Positions 1 through 8,864 of a DNA stretch of 36,279 bases are shown piece by piece. The notes under the pieces were generated by a model, which saw nothing but the letters and a program-made list of their open reading frames with translations, was not told where the DNA came from and ran no database searches. The first letter of the stretch is position 1. Each line of letters opens with the position of its first letter. A program made the position numbers and the translations under genes. The DNA lies in assembly GCA_964364745.1 (NCBI GenBank), contig CAYINJ010000002.1, positions 1 to 36,279 on the forward strand, in the 5' to 3' direction. Source of the DNA: an uncultured Gammaproteobacteria bacterium (GTDB taxonomy: Bacteria > Patescibacteriota > Patescibacteriia > JACRDY01).

Positions 1-211
1 GTTTGGGACGAGGTTTTCCCCGCGGTTCCACCCAATTTCCCTCAGCCGTTGGCTGGGGCGCTTCTTTGTGGTTTGTTTAGTCCCGCTTGCCCCGCCAGCG
101 GCGAGGTGAACAGAGAGATGCAGCCATCTAAGCCACACCGGACGGGTGGTGTCCGTCCCAATCACTCACCTAGCTAGTGTACTTCGGCTTAGATCAGCTG
201 TCAATCCTAGT

Positions 212-1408
212 TTATTCCAAACCCTCAACCCGAATGTTGATGTGATCCAGTAGTTGCGGCACCCGCTTTACCCAGAACGGGAAGAAATCAACCTTGATCG
301 ACTGAATCAACTGCTGCGATTTAAAGTAGTTGTCTAGCTCTTGTTTGGTCAAACCCTTGAGTCGATCTTTGGCCAAGATATCGCTATTGAGTCGAATCAC
401 GGCCACCCCAGGCAAAGTGACCTTCACGGTCGCCGTTTTGGCCGCCACATCAATCTGCTCGATGGCATAGGACAACTGATCATAACTGGCGGTCAACAGC
501 TGCTGATCAGCCGGCAAGCTCTGGCGCAATTTCTTTTCGGCTAATCGCACCAGCGTTTCGCGGTCGAAGAACACGCCGCTGATAGTCGCCTTGATCTTCA
601 TGGAAAATTGGGAAGTCGCTTCATCGGCCACGGCACTGGGCGTCACTGCTTGGGGCACGACGGTGACGGCTTTGGCTACTTTCGTATCCACCCCCAAGTC
701 CCGCATGGTTTGGTCTTCCAACTGCTGCAGTAAACTACTTTGAGCGTTGGTCAAGTCATCAGCCGACACCACCATGATCTTCTGCTCCCCGACCGCGATC
801 GGGGTAATACTAGTGGCATAGATTTTATCTTGGATCGCTACCCACAGCGCCGGCAAGGTCAGCTTAGTGCCGGCCGGTAGTGGCTGGCCACTTAACGCCG
901 CCGGATCATCAGCATAGACATTAACCTCAACTGAACCACCGACCGGCAGATCAACGCGATCCGTCGTGTGGAGCAGAATGCCATTATCGGCTAACAGTCG
1001 CGTCGTGGCCAAGAGGGGCTGCGGTCGTCGGTAGTCATTGGTCAGTTTGACCCGACCAACGATCTCTGACGGCGCGGCCTGACTGCCAGTGGCCGGAAAT
1101 TGTTTTTCACCTTCGATTGCCCGTTGGAAAAAGACGCCATTCATCTGTTCCGGGGCCGGCCCGTCCGTTCCCTCGACGACTGGCACGGTAAACTCGACCA
1201 CCACGTCTTGCGGCTTTGGAATCACGGAGATCGTCGCCGAGACAAACGAAGCGTAGCCAATAATCACGACTAGCAGCGCGGCTAAGACCACAAAACTCAT
1301 CACCACCCGGCGATAGACGTGCAGCGACGGAGCGGCTTTGCCCGTTAGTTTGGCTGGCGTTTTCTTGGCCGTCACGGCCTTGGTCGAGCTGGTTTTCTTG
1401 GTAGGCAT
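212..1408 (-). CDS. Hypothetical membrane-anchored protein (basic N-terminal tail, one TM helix, large extracytoplasmic domain)
   Basis: 398-aa ORF. The MPTKKTSSTKAVTAKKTPAK tail is followed by the hydrophobic helix VVMSFVVLAALLVVIIGYASFV. No family recognised by eye. Same strand as dnaE and 45 nt downstream of it. Confidence 0.75.
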   Translation of the reverse strand: MPTKKTSSTKAVTAKKTPAKLTGKAAPSLHVYRRVVMSFVVLAALLVVIIGYASFVSATISVIPKPQDVVVEFTVPVVEGTDGPAPEQMNGVFFQRAIEGEKQFPATGSQAAPSEIVGRVKLTNDYRRPQPLLATTRLLADNGILLHTTDRVDLPVGGSVEVNVYADDPAALSGQPLPAGTKLTLPALWVAIQDKIYATSITPIAVGEQKIMVVSADDLTNAQSSLLQQLEDQTMRDLGVDTKVAKAVTVVPQAVTPSAVADEATSQFSMKIKATISGVFFDRETLVRLAEKKLRQSLPADQQLLTASYDQLSYAIEQIDVAAKTATVKVTLPGVAVIRLNSDILAKDRLKGLTKQELDNYFKSQQLIQSIKVDFFPFWVKRVPQLLDHINIRVEGLE

Positions 1409-1453
1409 AAGTCAAAAATATAGTTGCTATTGTCCAGTATACTGACTTCTGGG

Positions 1454-3343
1454 CTATCTGTCCACCAAAACGCTACCGGGGCCGATCAGGGTTTCCAGCT
1501 CGCGGCCGACGTCGGGGTTGTCATTGACACTAAACGGGGTCTTAATCCGCTGCCATTTTCCCTGGTGCTGAATTAACAACCAGACCGGGCGCGGGCCGGG
1601 ATAGCGACCAATCACCGTCTTGATTTGTTCCGCGACCGGCGGCTCGGGTGGGGCCAAGAGCCGCAAGGTCATCAGCGGACCGGTCGGCTCGGGTGAGGCC
1701 GAGAGCCGCGCCGGCGGCGGAGTTGATGGGCTGGTGCTACTCTCGCTGCGGTGGTAGCCGTTACGCAGCCGAATCGGTCCGCGATAATTTTGCATAATGG
1801 TTTCCAACTGCTCCGTCCTAACCACTTCGCCTCGCTCGACCACGACTTTCATTTCGCCGTCTTTATCCGACAATCGCCCTTCGACCAGGACAAGAGTGTC
1901 TTCGAGCCAGCGCTCCCCCACCGACTGGACAATCGACGGGAAGAGAATTAACTCCGCCGATCCACTGCCGTCTTCGATCCGGATAAAGAGCATCGCGTCC
2001 CCTTTCCGGGTAAAAATTTTTTTCCGCGCCGTGATGACTCCCGCCACCCGCACGCCCTCATGGCCTTGCTTCAACAATTCCCCTAATTGACTGCAGCGCG
2101 CCGTGATGGCCGATAATTCTTGGGCAAATTCTTTATAGGGGTGTTCGGTGACGTACAGGCCGAGGTATTCTTTTTCCCACAATCCCCGCTCCCGCTTGGT
2201 GGCTGACGGCACTGGATCAAGTTGGAGTGTTAACGCCGGCCCAACACTGGTCGCCGAAAACAAACTGACTTGGGCGGAGTCGCTGGCGGCTTGCGCTTCT
2301 TTGGAAAACCGCAAAATCTTTTCCAGGTTATAAAGCACGGCGTTGCGCTCGATCAAGCCATCCAACGCGCCGGCCTTGGCTAAACTTTCCAGGGCTTTTT
2401 TATTCAAATCCTTGGGGCTCATCCGCAGGAGAAAGTCCTCGAAATCCCGATATGGGCCATTGGCTTTGCGGTCATGAATGACGGCTTTGGCCGCCGATTC
2501 ACCGAAATTTTTAATCGCCGACAAGCCAAACCGAATGCGGGGCTGTTTGGTCCCCAAGCTTTCGGCCACGGCGGTGAAGGTGGTGAAACTTTCGTTGATA
2601 TCCGGGGGCAGGACTTCGATGCCCATCTGTTTGCAATCATCGACTTCGATCGTCACTCGATCCAGGTCGTGTTGATCAGATGTTAGCAGTGAGGCCATAA
2701 ACTCCACCGGGTAATTGGCTTTGAAATAAGCGGTCTGATAGGCAATAATCGCGTAGCAAGCCGCGTGTGACCGGTTGAAGCCGTATTTAGCAAATGGCGG
2801 GAAGAGTTCCCAAATCTCTTTGGCCACGCGGTGATCAATGCCATTCTTGATCATCCCGCTAATTAGCTTCTCCTCTTGGGCATTAAGCAGTTCTTGGATT
2901 TTTTTGCCGATGGCTTTGCGCAAGGTGTCAGCTTCCGCCAGCGTAAACCCGGCTAAATCTTGAGCAATGCGCATCATTTGCTCTTGGTAGACGCCAATGC
3001 CATAGGTCTGCCCCAAGACCGGCTCAAGTTTGGGGTGAATATACTCAATCTTTTTTTGACCGTGTTTACGAGCGATGAAGTCCGGAATCAGTTCCATTGG
3101 CCCCGGTCGATACAGCGCGACCATGGCGATGATGTCTTCTAAGATCGAGGGTTTAAGTTGTTTCAAATACCGCTTCATGCCGGCGGACTCCAACTGAAAG
3201 ACACCGGTCGTGTCACCTCGCTGGAGGAGCTTAAAAGTCGTCAGGTCAGCCATCGGTAAAGTGTCGAGATCATACTTTTTGCCGTGGATTTTTTCGATCA
3301 CTTCAATCGTGTTTTCCAAAATCGTCAGGTTCTTCAATCCCAA
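1454..3343 (-). CDS. dnaE: DNA polymerase III alpha subunit, C-terminal fragment of an interrupted dnaE
   Basis: 629-aa ORF with DnaE motifs (TTGVFQLES, YRPGPM, FNRSHAACYA) and a C-terminal OB-like region. The listed start is a TTG inside the conserved DFLGLKNL motif. The same frame stays open upstream to about 3415 and encodes GDETIICQYSLGPIEALGLLKIDF. Confidence 0.85.
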   Translation of the reverse strand: MGLKNLTILENTIEVIEKIHGKKYDLDTLPMADLTTFKLLQRGDTTGVFQLESAGMKRYLKQLKPSILEDIIAMVALYRPGPMELIPDFIARKHGQKKIEYIHPKLEPVLGQTYGIGVYQEQMMRIAQDLAGFTLAEADTLRKAIGKKIQELLNAQEEKLISGMIKNGIDHRVAKEIWELFPPFAKYGFNRSHAACYAIIAYQTAYFKANYPVEFMASLLTSDQHDLDRVTIEVDDCKQMGIEVLPPDINESFTTFTAVAESLGTKQPRIRFGLSAIKNFGESAAKAVIHDRKANGPYRDFEDFLLRMSPKDLNKKALESLAKAGALDGLIERNAVLYNLEKILRFSKEAQAASDSAQVSLFSATSVGPALTLQLDPVPSATKRERGLWEKEYLGLYVTEHPYKEFAQELSAITARCSQLGELLKQGHEGVRVAGVITARKKIFTRKGDAMLFIRIEDGSGSAELILFPSIVQSVGERWLEDTLVLVEGRLSDKDGEMKVVVERGEVVRTEQLETIMQNYRGPIRLRNGYHRSESSTSPSTPPPARLSASPEPTGPLMTLRLLAPPEPPVAEQIKTVIGRYPGPRPVWLLIQHQGKWQRIKTPFSVNDNPDVGRELETLIGPGSVLVDR

Positions 3344-3354
3344 GAAGTCAATTT

Positions 3355-4962
3355 TTAATAGTCCCAGGGCTTCGATTGGCCCCAGGGAGTATTGGCAAAT
3401 AATTGTCTCATCACCGGAGCTGGGGTAATCAGCACGCCGCAGGCGTGCGTGGAAGTATGTCGGCAGTTATCTTCGATCCGCTTGGCGGTATCAATCAAGG
3501 TCTTGGCGTCGGCTTCAGTGTCATACATTTTTTTCAATTCCGGCTCGCGCTCGAGCGCTTCATCCAGCGACGCGAAGGTCGGAATCAGCTTGGAGATTTT
3601 GTCGCCGTAGGCGTAGGGTAAACCCAACACCCGGCCGGTATCGCGGATCGCCGCTCGGGCGGCCATCGTCCCAAAGGTAATAATCTGGGCGACGTGATCA
3701 TGACCATACTTGGCTTCGACGTAGCGAATAACTTCATCGCGCCGGGTATCAGCAAAGTCCAAATCAATATCCGGCATAGAAATCCGCTCCGGGTTGAGAA
3801 ACCGTTCAAACAGTAGTTCAAACTTGATCGGATCGACGTTGGTGATGTTGGTCAGATACGAGACGATCGATCCAGCCGCCGAACCACGCCCCGGACCGAC
3901 GACAATGCCATTATCTTTGGCCCAGTTCACAAAATCAGACACGATCAAGAAATATGACGCGTAGCCGGTCTTTTTAATCACTCCTAACTCATAAGTCAAC
4001 CGGTCGAGGACCACCTGACTGGGAGTGGCGCCATAGCGGCGAGGCAGACCTTGCTGACAGAGGTCGGCCAGATATTCATCGGCGGTCTGACTGGCTGGCA
4101 CCGCAAAAGTCGGCAGTTTAATTTCGCCGAGTTTCAATTCAAAGTTACACTGCTCGGCAATTCGGACCGTATTCGTCACCGCTGCCGGCACATCGGCGAA
4201 GTCAGCGGCCATCTGCTCCGGGCTCTTGAATGAGGCATCGATGTCGAGCAAGCACAGCCGGTTCGGGTCGCTTTTGAGCTTCTTCATCTGCAGACAAAGC
4301 AAAACGTCTTGGGCTTCGGCGTCAGCTGGCTCAATATAGTGCGTGTCAGCCGTAGCGACCAGCGCCACGTTTAATTTTTTACCCCACTCTTTGAGCGCGG
4401 CGTTAACTATGGTCTGCTCCGGCATGGTCGGGTGGTGCTGAAGCTCCAAATAAAAATTGTCCGGACCGAACACGCGCTGAAATCGCTTGATCAGTTCCTC
4501 GGTCTTGGCGGCGTCGCCGGCCAAAATCGATTGGGGAATCTCGCCTTGGACGCAAGCCGACAAGGCGATCAGGCCTTCGTGGTATTCCTCCAATAATTCC
4601 CAATCGATCCGCGGTTTGTAGTAAAAACCCTCTAAGTGCGCCCGCGAAGTTAGTTTCAGTAAATTCTGATACCCGGTGGCATTTTTGACCAACAGGACTA
4701 GGTGATAGCGGACTTCATCAATCCGCGGCCGTTTGTTCAATCGGCCGTTCGGCGCCACGTAGGCCTCCACCCCGATGATCGGTTTGATCCCGGCTTTGGT
4801 GCATTTTTGATAAAACTCAACCACCCCATACATGGCCCCGTGATCGGTCAGGGCGATGGCGGACATCCCATACTCTTTGGCCTTGGCCACTAACTGCGGC
4901 ACTTTTGACAAGCCATCGAGCAAACTGTAATGCGAGTGGGTGTGGAGATGGACAAAACTCAT
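3355..4962 (-). CDS. dnaE: DNA polymerase III alpha subunit, N-terminal fragment (PHP domain and polymerase core)
   Basis: ATG at 4962 gives MSFVHLHTHSHYSLLDG (PHP motif); the ORF-track TTG at 4980 adds only 6 aa. Further motifs: GRGSAAGS, PDIDLDF, RHTSTHACGVLI. After ...ITPAP the frame reads the non-homologous VMRQLFANTPWGQSKPWDY and stops. Confidence 0.85.
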   Translation of the reverse strand: MSFVHLHTHSHYSLLDGLSKVPQLVAKAKEYGMSAIALTDHGAMYGVVEFYQKCTKAGIKPIIGVEAYVAPNGRLNKRPRIDEVRYHLVLLVKNATGYQNLLKLTSRAHLEGFYYKPRIDWELLEEYHEGLIALSACVQGEIPQSILAGDAAKTEELIKRFQRVFGPDNFYLELQHHPTMPEQTIVNAALKEWGKKLNVALVATADTHYIEPADAEAQDVLLCLQMKKLKSDPNRLCLLDIDASFKSPEQMAADFADVPAAVTNTVRIAEQCNFELKLGEIKLPTFAVPASQTADEYLADLCQQGLPRRYGATPSQVVLDRLTYELGVIKKTGYASYFLIVSDFVNWAKDNGIVVGPGRGSAAGSIVSYLTNITNVDPIKFELLFERFLNPERISMPDIDLDFADTRRDEVIRYVEAKYGHDHVAQIITFGTMAARAAIRDTGRVLGLPYAYGDKISKLIPTFASLDEALEREPELKKMYDTEADAKTLIDTAKRIEDNCRHTSTHACGVLITPAPVMRQLFANTPWGQSKPWDY

Positions 4963-4988
4963 AGGGGGAGAAAACGACAAAGGGAAAA

Positions 4989-5040
4989 GGAGTCAGGGGG
5001 ATGACGGCTCAACGATGAGAACCGGCATGCCCCCGACTCC
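4989..5040 (-). terminator. Hairpin followed by a T-rich tract between the small membrane-protein gene and dnaE (terminator or attenuator-like)
   Basis: ggagtc(a)ggggg at 4989-5000 pairs with cccccgactcc at 5030-5040. On the minus strand the hairpin is followed by ttttcccttt. The loop is long (29 nt), so this is not a textbook intrinsic terminator. Confidence 0.35.
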
Positions 5041-5066
5041 TCGGGGTTTGATGAAGAGCTCCGACT

Positions 5067-5375
5067 TTATTTTTTGCGTTTAGTTTTGACTGGTTCGGTT
5101 CCGGTCGCGGCGGAGCGAGCGATAAAAAATTTGACTAGCTGGCCAACACTGTCGGCCAGCAGGCCGAGATGGCTGGTTGATTTTTCAAACTTCCCCTTGG
5201 CGGCGTCAATCACACTATTCACTTTCCCGATCACGGTTTGCAGGCCGCGAGTCAGCTCGTAGCCCTGCTTGAGCAACATGGCCACATAGTACAACATCCA
5301 ACACAAAAACACCGTCAGCCACAAGACACAAAAGGACAAGACAACAAAAAAGAGGTCTTTGGATGTTTCGAGCAT
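5067..5375 (-). CDS. Small hypothetical membrane protein
   Basis: 102-aa ORF with ATG at 5375. Hydrophobic segment LFFVVLSFCVLWLTVFLCWMLYYVAML and a Lys-rich C-terminus. Confidence 0.6.
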   Translation of the reverse strand: MLETSKDLFFVVLSFCVLWLTVFLCWMLYYVAMLLKQGYELTRGLQTVIGKVNSVIDAAKGKFEKSTSHLGLLADSVGQLVKFFIARSAATGTEPVKTKRKK

Positions 5376-5392
5376 AGAGAGCGATTAGGTTT

Positions 5393-7831
5393 TTATTTTC
5401 GTAAGGTCGCGCCAAATTCTTCGGTCAAGGCGGCTAGGATTTTGGCTTCCACCATGTCAACTTCGACGCTGGTCAGTGTCCGATCGGCTTGATAGGTCAC
5501 GTGCCAGGCCAAGCTCCGTTGACCTGCCGGTATTGTACCACCAACGTACTCGTCAAACAACTCGATCTCCGCGACCAACGGCTGGCCGGCGGTTCGGATC
5601 GCTTGACGCAGTTCTTCCCAGGGCACGGTGGTGGCCAAGATCATGGCCATATCGCGGACCACGGCCGGATGTTTGGCTAATGGCCGGTAGATTTTAGTTG
5701 CCCCAGCGGCCGCGACTAGAGGCGGCAGCGAGAGCTCAAAGACACCAACTAACGGCCCAACATCATGAGCGACAGCCACTGACTGGCGCAGCTCACCCAC
5801 GAAACCCACGCTCTGTCCTCGGACAAAGACGACTAAGCTGCGGGCTGGTTCATAATACGGCGGCACGTCGCCGGTCGATTCCAGATAAAAATCGGCGCCC
5901 AGATGTTCTAACAGCGCCTCCACCATCCCTTTAACCACATAAAACGGCGACCGCTGGCCCGCTGCTACCACCGCGCCAGCGACTCGTCGCTCTTGGTCGG
6001 GCAACGTCTGATCACTGCCCGGCCGTTGCAATTCAGTGCCCGCGGCTGGACTAAATACTCGCCCCACTTCGATCAGTCGCATCGTGGAGTAAAATCGGAG
6101 ATTGGCCGCCACATTCTGGACCAGATTCATCAGCAGCGTACTGCGGAGCAATCCTTGGTCGGCGGACAAAGCATTCTTCAAGGCCAAGTGATCAGCCGGG
6201 TTTAAGCCAAACGCGACCACTTGGGTCGGACTGACAAAGGAATAGTTAAGCGTCTCGGTCGCGGCGATGCTACCGGTCAGGAAATGTTTAATCGTGCTGG
6301 CCAAGGCCAACTCCGGATCAGCGACTGGCACGGTCAAACTAGCGGTCGGCAACGCGGTGGGTAGCGCATCATAGCCGTAAAGCCGCGCCACTTCTTCAAC
6401 CAGATCTTCAGCGATCCGTAAATCACCATGGCGCCAAAACGGCACGGTGACGGTCCACGGTCCTTTCTTGGTTTCTTTGATCACCAAGCCGAGGCGAGAC
6501 AAAGTGTCACGGATCCACTCCGCGGTGATGTCGGCGCCGATCCGCTCCGCGATCCAGGCCGGGGTACAGTCGATGGTCACCGGCGGCTGGTCAGTCACAT
6601 TAACATCAATCACTTTACTGGCCACGACCGCCCCGGGAATCAGCTCTTGGGTCAGCGCTACTGCCCGCTGCAGGGCCAGCTCGGCCAGCACCGGGTCGAT
6701 ATTTTTTTCAAACCGAGCGCTGGATTCGCTGCGGAGGTTTAAGCGCAAGGAGGTTTGGCGCACCGCGCCGGCGGCAAAGTTGGCGGATTCAAAGACGATG
6801 GTTTTAGTCGAATCGGTAATGCCGCTGGCTTCGCCCCCCATGATCCCGGCGATGGCCAGTGGTCTGGCTCCATCCCGAATCATCAGCATGTCAGCGCTCA
6901 TAGTTCGTTCCTGGCCATCGAGCGTCATGAAGGTCTCGCCGTCCGTTGCTGGGCCGACGACGATCTGGCCGTCCGTCACTTGCCGATAATCAAAAGCGTG
7001 CAGGGGTTGCCCCAACTCCAACATGACATAGTTGGTAATATCAACAATCACATTGATCGGGCGGATGCCGGCCGCCTCCAGCCGGCTCGTCATCCACGCC
7101 GGCGACGGCGCGACTGTCACTTTATCTATCACGACCGCCAGATACCGCCGACACTTTTGTTTGTCGGCCACGGTGACCACTAGGGGCTTATGTTTGCTGC
7201 GGCTGGGTTTTATTTTAACTGGCGCCGGTGTGGTAAACGGCACTTTCAGGGCGGCGGCCAGTTCGCGCGCCAAACCCCAATGTCCCCACAAATCCGCCCG
7301 ATGGGTCATTGATTTATTATCAATGTCTAACACGGCATCATCTAAGCCGAGCGCGGCGGCTAGCGGCGTGCCGCTGGTGACGTTTAAGGCCGACAAATCA
7401 GCAATCTCTCGCTCGCCGCCGGGAAAGAGGTGACTCAAACCCAGTTCGCTGCTGGCACAAACCATGCCGTCACTGTTGACCCCGCGGATCTTGGCCGGTT
7501 TGATTTCAGCTAACTCGCCACCGGGCCACTGAACAGTCGCGCCGACCTTGGCTAAGGCGACTAACATCCCGGCGGCCACGTTGGTGCCGCCACAGACCAC
7601 TTCAACGGTCCGACTGCCGGTATCGACTTCGAGGACTGACAACTTATCAGCGTTGGGATGGGGTTTAACGGTCAAGATTTTGGCGACGACAATCTGATCA
7701 AGGTTGGCGGCCAGCCGCTGGACGGATTCGACTTCCACGGTGGTCAGCGTCAGCTTGGCCGCCACGTCTTCGGCCGTAAAGCCCTTGGGCAGCTCGACAA
7801 ATTGTTTCAGCCAGTTGAATGAAACGCGCAT
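5393..7831 (-). CDS. pheT: Phenylalanine--tRNA ligase beta subunit
   Basis: Canonical N-terminus MRVSFNWLKQFV at ATG 7831, one nt after the pheS stop (TAG at 7833-7835). Length and domain order are typical of PheT. The ORF-track start at 7888 adds 19 implausible residues overlapping pheS. Confidence 0.93.
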   Translation of the reverse strand: MRVSFNWLKQFVELPKGFTAEDVAAKLTLTTVEVESVQRLAANLDQIVVAKILTVKPHPNADKLSVLEVDTGSRTVEVVCGGTNVAAGMLVALAKVGATVQWPGGELAEIKPAKIRGVNSDGMVCASSELGLSHLFPGGEREIADLSALNVTSGTPLAAALGLDDAVLDIDNKSMTHRADLWGHWGLARELAAALKVPFTTPAPVKIKPSRSKHKPLVVTVADKQKCRRYLAVVIDKVTVAPSPAWMTSRLEAAGIRPINVIVDITNYVMLELGQPLHAFDYRQVTDGQIVVGPATDGETFMTLDGQERTMSADMLMIRDGARPLAIAGIMGGEASGITDSTKTIVFESANFAAGAVRQTSLRLNLRSESSARFEKNIDPVLAELALQRAVALTQELIPGAVVASKVIDVNVTDQPPVTIDCTPAWIAERIGADITAEWIRDTLSRLGLVIKETKKGPWTVTVPFWRHGDLRIAEDLVEEVARLYGYDALPTALPTASLTVPVADPELALASTIKHFLTGSIAATETLNYSFVSPTQVVAFGLNPADHLALKNALSADQGLLRSTLLMNLVQNVAANLRFYSTMRLIEVGRVFSPAAGTELQRPGSDQTLPDQERRVAGAVVAAGQRSPFYVVKGMVEALLEHLGADFYLESTGDVPPYYEPARSLVVFVRGQSVGFVGELRQSVAVAHDVGPLVGVFELSLPPLVAAAGATKIYRPLAKHPAVVRDMAMILATTVPWEELRQAIRTAGQPLVAEIELFDEYVGGTIPAGQRSLAWHVTYQADRTLTSVEVDMVEAKILAALTEEFGATLRK

Positions 7832-7832
7832 A

Positions 7833-8861
7833 CTAAAATTGTTCCAAGAAGCGTAAGTCGCCGGATTGCAGCAAACGCACATCATCAATGTTGTACTGGA
7901 GCATGGTCAGCCGATCCCAGCCGAAACCAAAAGCAAAGGCGGAGTAGGCCGTGGGGTCAATGCCGCCAGCCTGCAACACTTTTGGATGGACTAGACCGGC
8001 GCCGAACACTTCCAGCCAGCCGGTTTGCTTGCAGACCCGACAGCCCTGGCCGCGGCACAAGAAACAGGTCACTTCGCCGTTGACGCCCGGCTCGACGAAC
8101 GGATAAAACTTCGGCCGGAGACGGACTTTGGTCCCTTCACCATAGAGCTTGACCGCCACTAGCTGAAGCACCGCCTTAAGATGAGCCATGGTGATGTTGG
8201 TATCCACCATTAGTCCTTCCAGTTGATAGAAAGTGTGTTCATGCCTGGCGTCAGTGGCCTCATGGCGAAAGACGCGACCGCGGGCTACCAGCCGCAGTGG
8301 CGCGCCATATTGCCGCATCGCCCGCACTTGCATGGCCGAGGTGTGGGTCCGCAACAGCCGGCGATTCTGCGGATCGCCCGTGCTACCCTCGTCGAGGAAA
8401 AAGGTGTCTTGCATATCCCGCGCCGGGTGATCAGCCGGAATGTTGAGGGCTTCAAAATTGAAATACTCCGACTCGACTTCCGGTCCGTCAGTGATCATAA
8501 AACCCAGCGACGAGAAGAGTTGCTCCAGCCGTTCTTGGACTTGAGTTAACGGATGGAGGTGGCCCACCGGCATGGCCGTACCCGGCAAAGTGGTATCGAT
8601 CGCTGACTGGGTGGCCAACCCTGATAACTGCTGGCGGACTTTGGCCACCTCTTTGGTGACCGCCGTTTTGATGTCGTTGGCCAGCTGGCCCAAATTAGCT
8701 TTCTCTTCTGCCGAGAGGTCTTTTAACTGCCGCAAAACGGCCGTCAGCTCCCCTTTGCGGCCGAGGTATTTGACTTCAAAATCACGCAAGGCCTCGCGAT
8801 TAGCAATCGTCTTGAGCTCGGCAGTAATTTGTTGTTGAAGTTTTTTTAATTGCTCAAGCAT
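7833..8861 (-). CDS. pheS: Phenylalanine--tRNA ligase alpha subunit
   Basis: 342 aa with class II aaRS motifs: FRHEATDARHEHTFYQLEG and GFGWDRLTML. Lies immediately upstream of pheT. Confidence 0.95.
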   Translation of the reverse strand: MLEQLKKLQQQITAELKTIANREALRDFEVKYLGRKGELTAVLRQLKDLSAEEKANLGQLANDIKTAVTKEVAKVRQQLSGLATQSAIDTTLPGTAMPVGHLHPLTQVQERLEQLFSSLGFMITDGPEVESEYFNFEALNIPADHPARDMQDTFFLDEGSTGDPQNRRLLRTHTSAMQVRAMRQYGAPLRLVARGRVFRHEATDARHEHTFYQLEGLMVDTNITMAHLKAVLQLVAVKLYGEGTKVRLRPKFYPFVEPGVNGEVTCFLCRGQGCRVCKQTGWLEVFGAGLVHPKVLQAGGIDPTAYSAFAFGFGWDRLTMLQYNIDDVRLLQSGDLRFLEQF

Positions 8862-8864
8862 ATT

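Noticed and set aside
1-211. Identification of the left-edge structured region as RNase P RNA, tmRNA or SRP RNA.
   Set aside because: I looked for GGAAAGUCC and ACAGAA..GGCUUA (RNase P), for the tRNA-like 3' end of tmRNA, and for GGAAGCAGCC (SRP). Only a partial CGGCUUAGAUCAGC resemblance to the RNase P 3' end exists, the universally conserved ACAGAA is absent, and that segment is already used in the local stem.
4963-4980. TTG start at 4980 for dnaE.
   Set aside because: The ATG at 4962 gives the canonical MSFVHLHTHSHYSLLDG N-terminus. The extension adds 6 residues with no support.
6447-6989. Long antisense or overlapping ORFs inside confirmed genes (for example 6447-6989, 6755-7183, 7032-7433, 16732-17094, 17229-17907, 19504-19920, 30058-30405, 33331-33711).
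   Set aside because: Each lies wholly within a well-supported gene on the opposite strand or in another frame. All have biased, low-complexity translations typical of shadow ORFs in GC-rich DNA.
7832-7888. 19-aa N-terminal extension of pheT (MMMCVCCNPATYASWNNFS).
   Set aside because: It overlaps the pheS 3' end. The canonical PheT N-terminus MRVSFNWLKQF starts at 7831.
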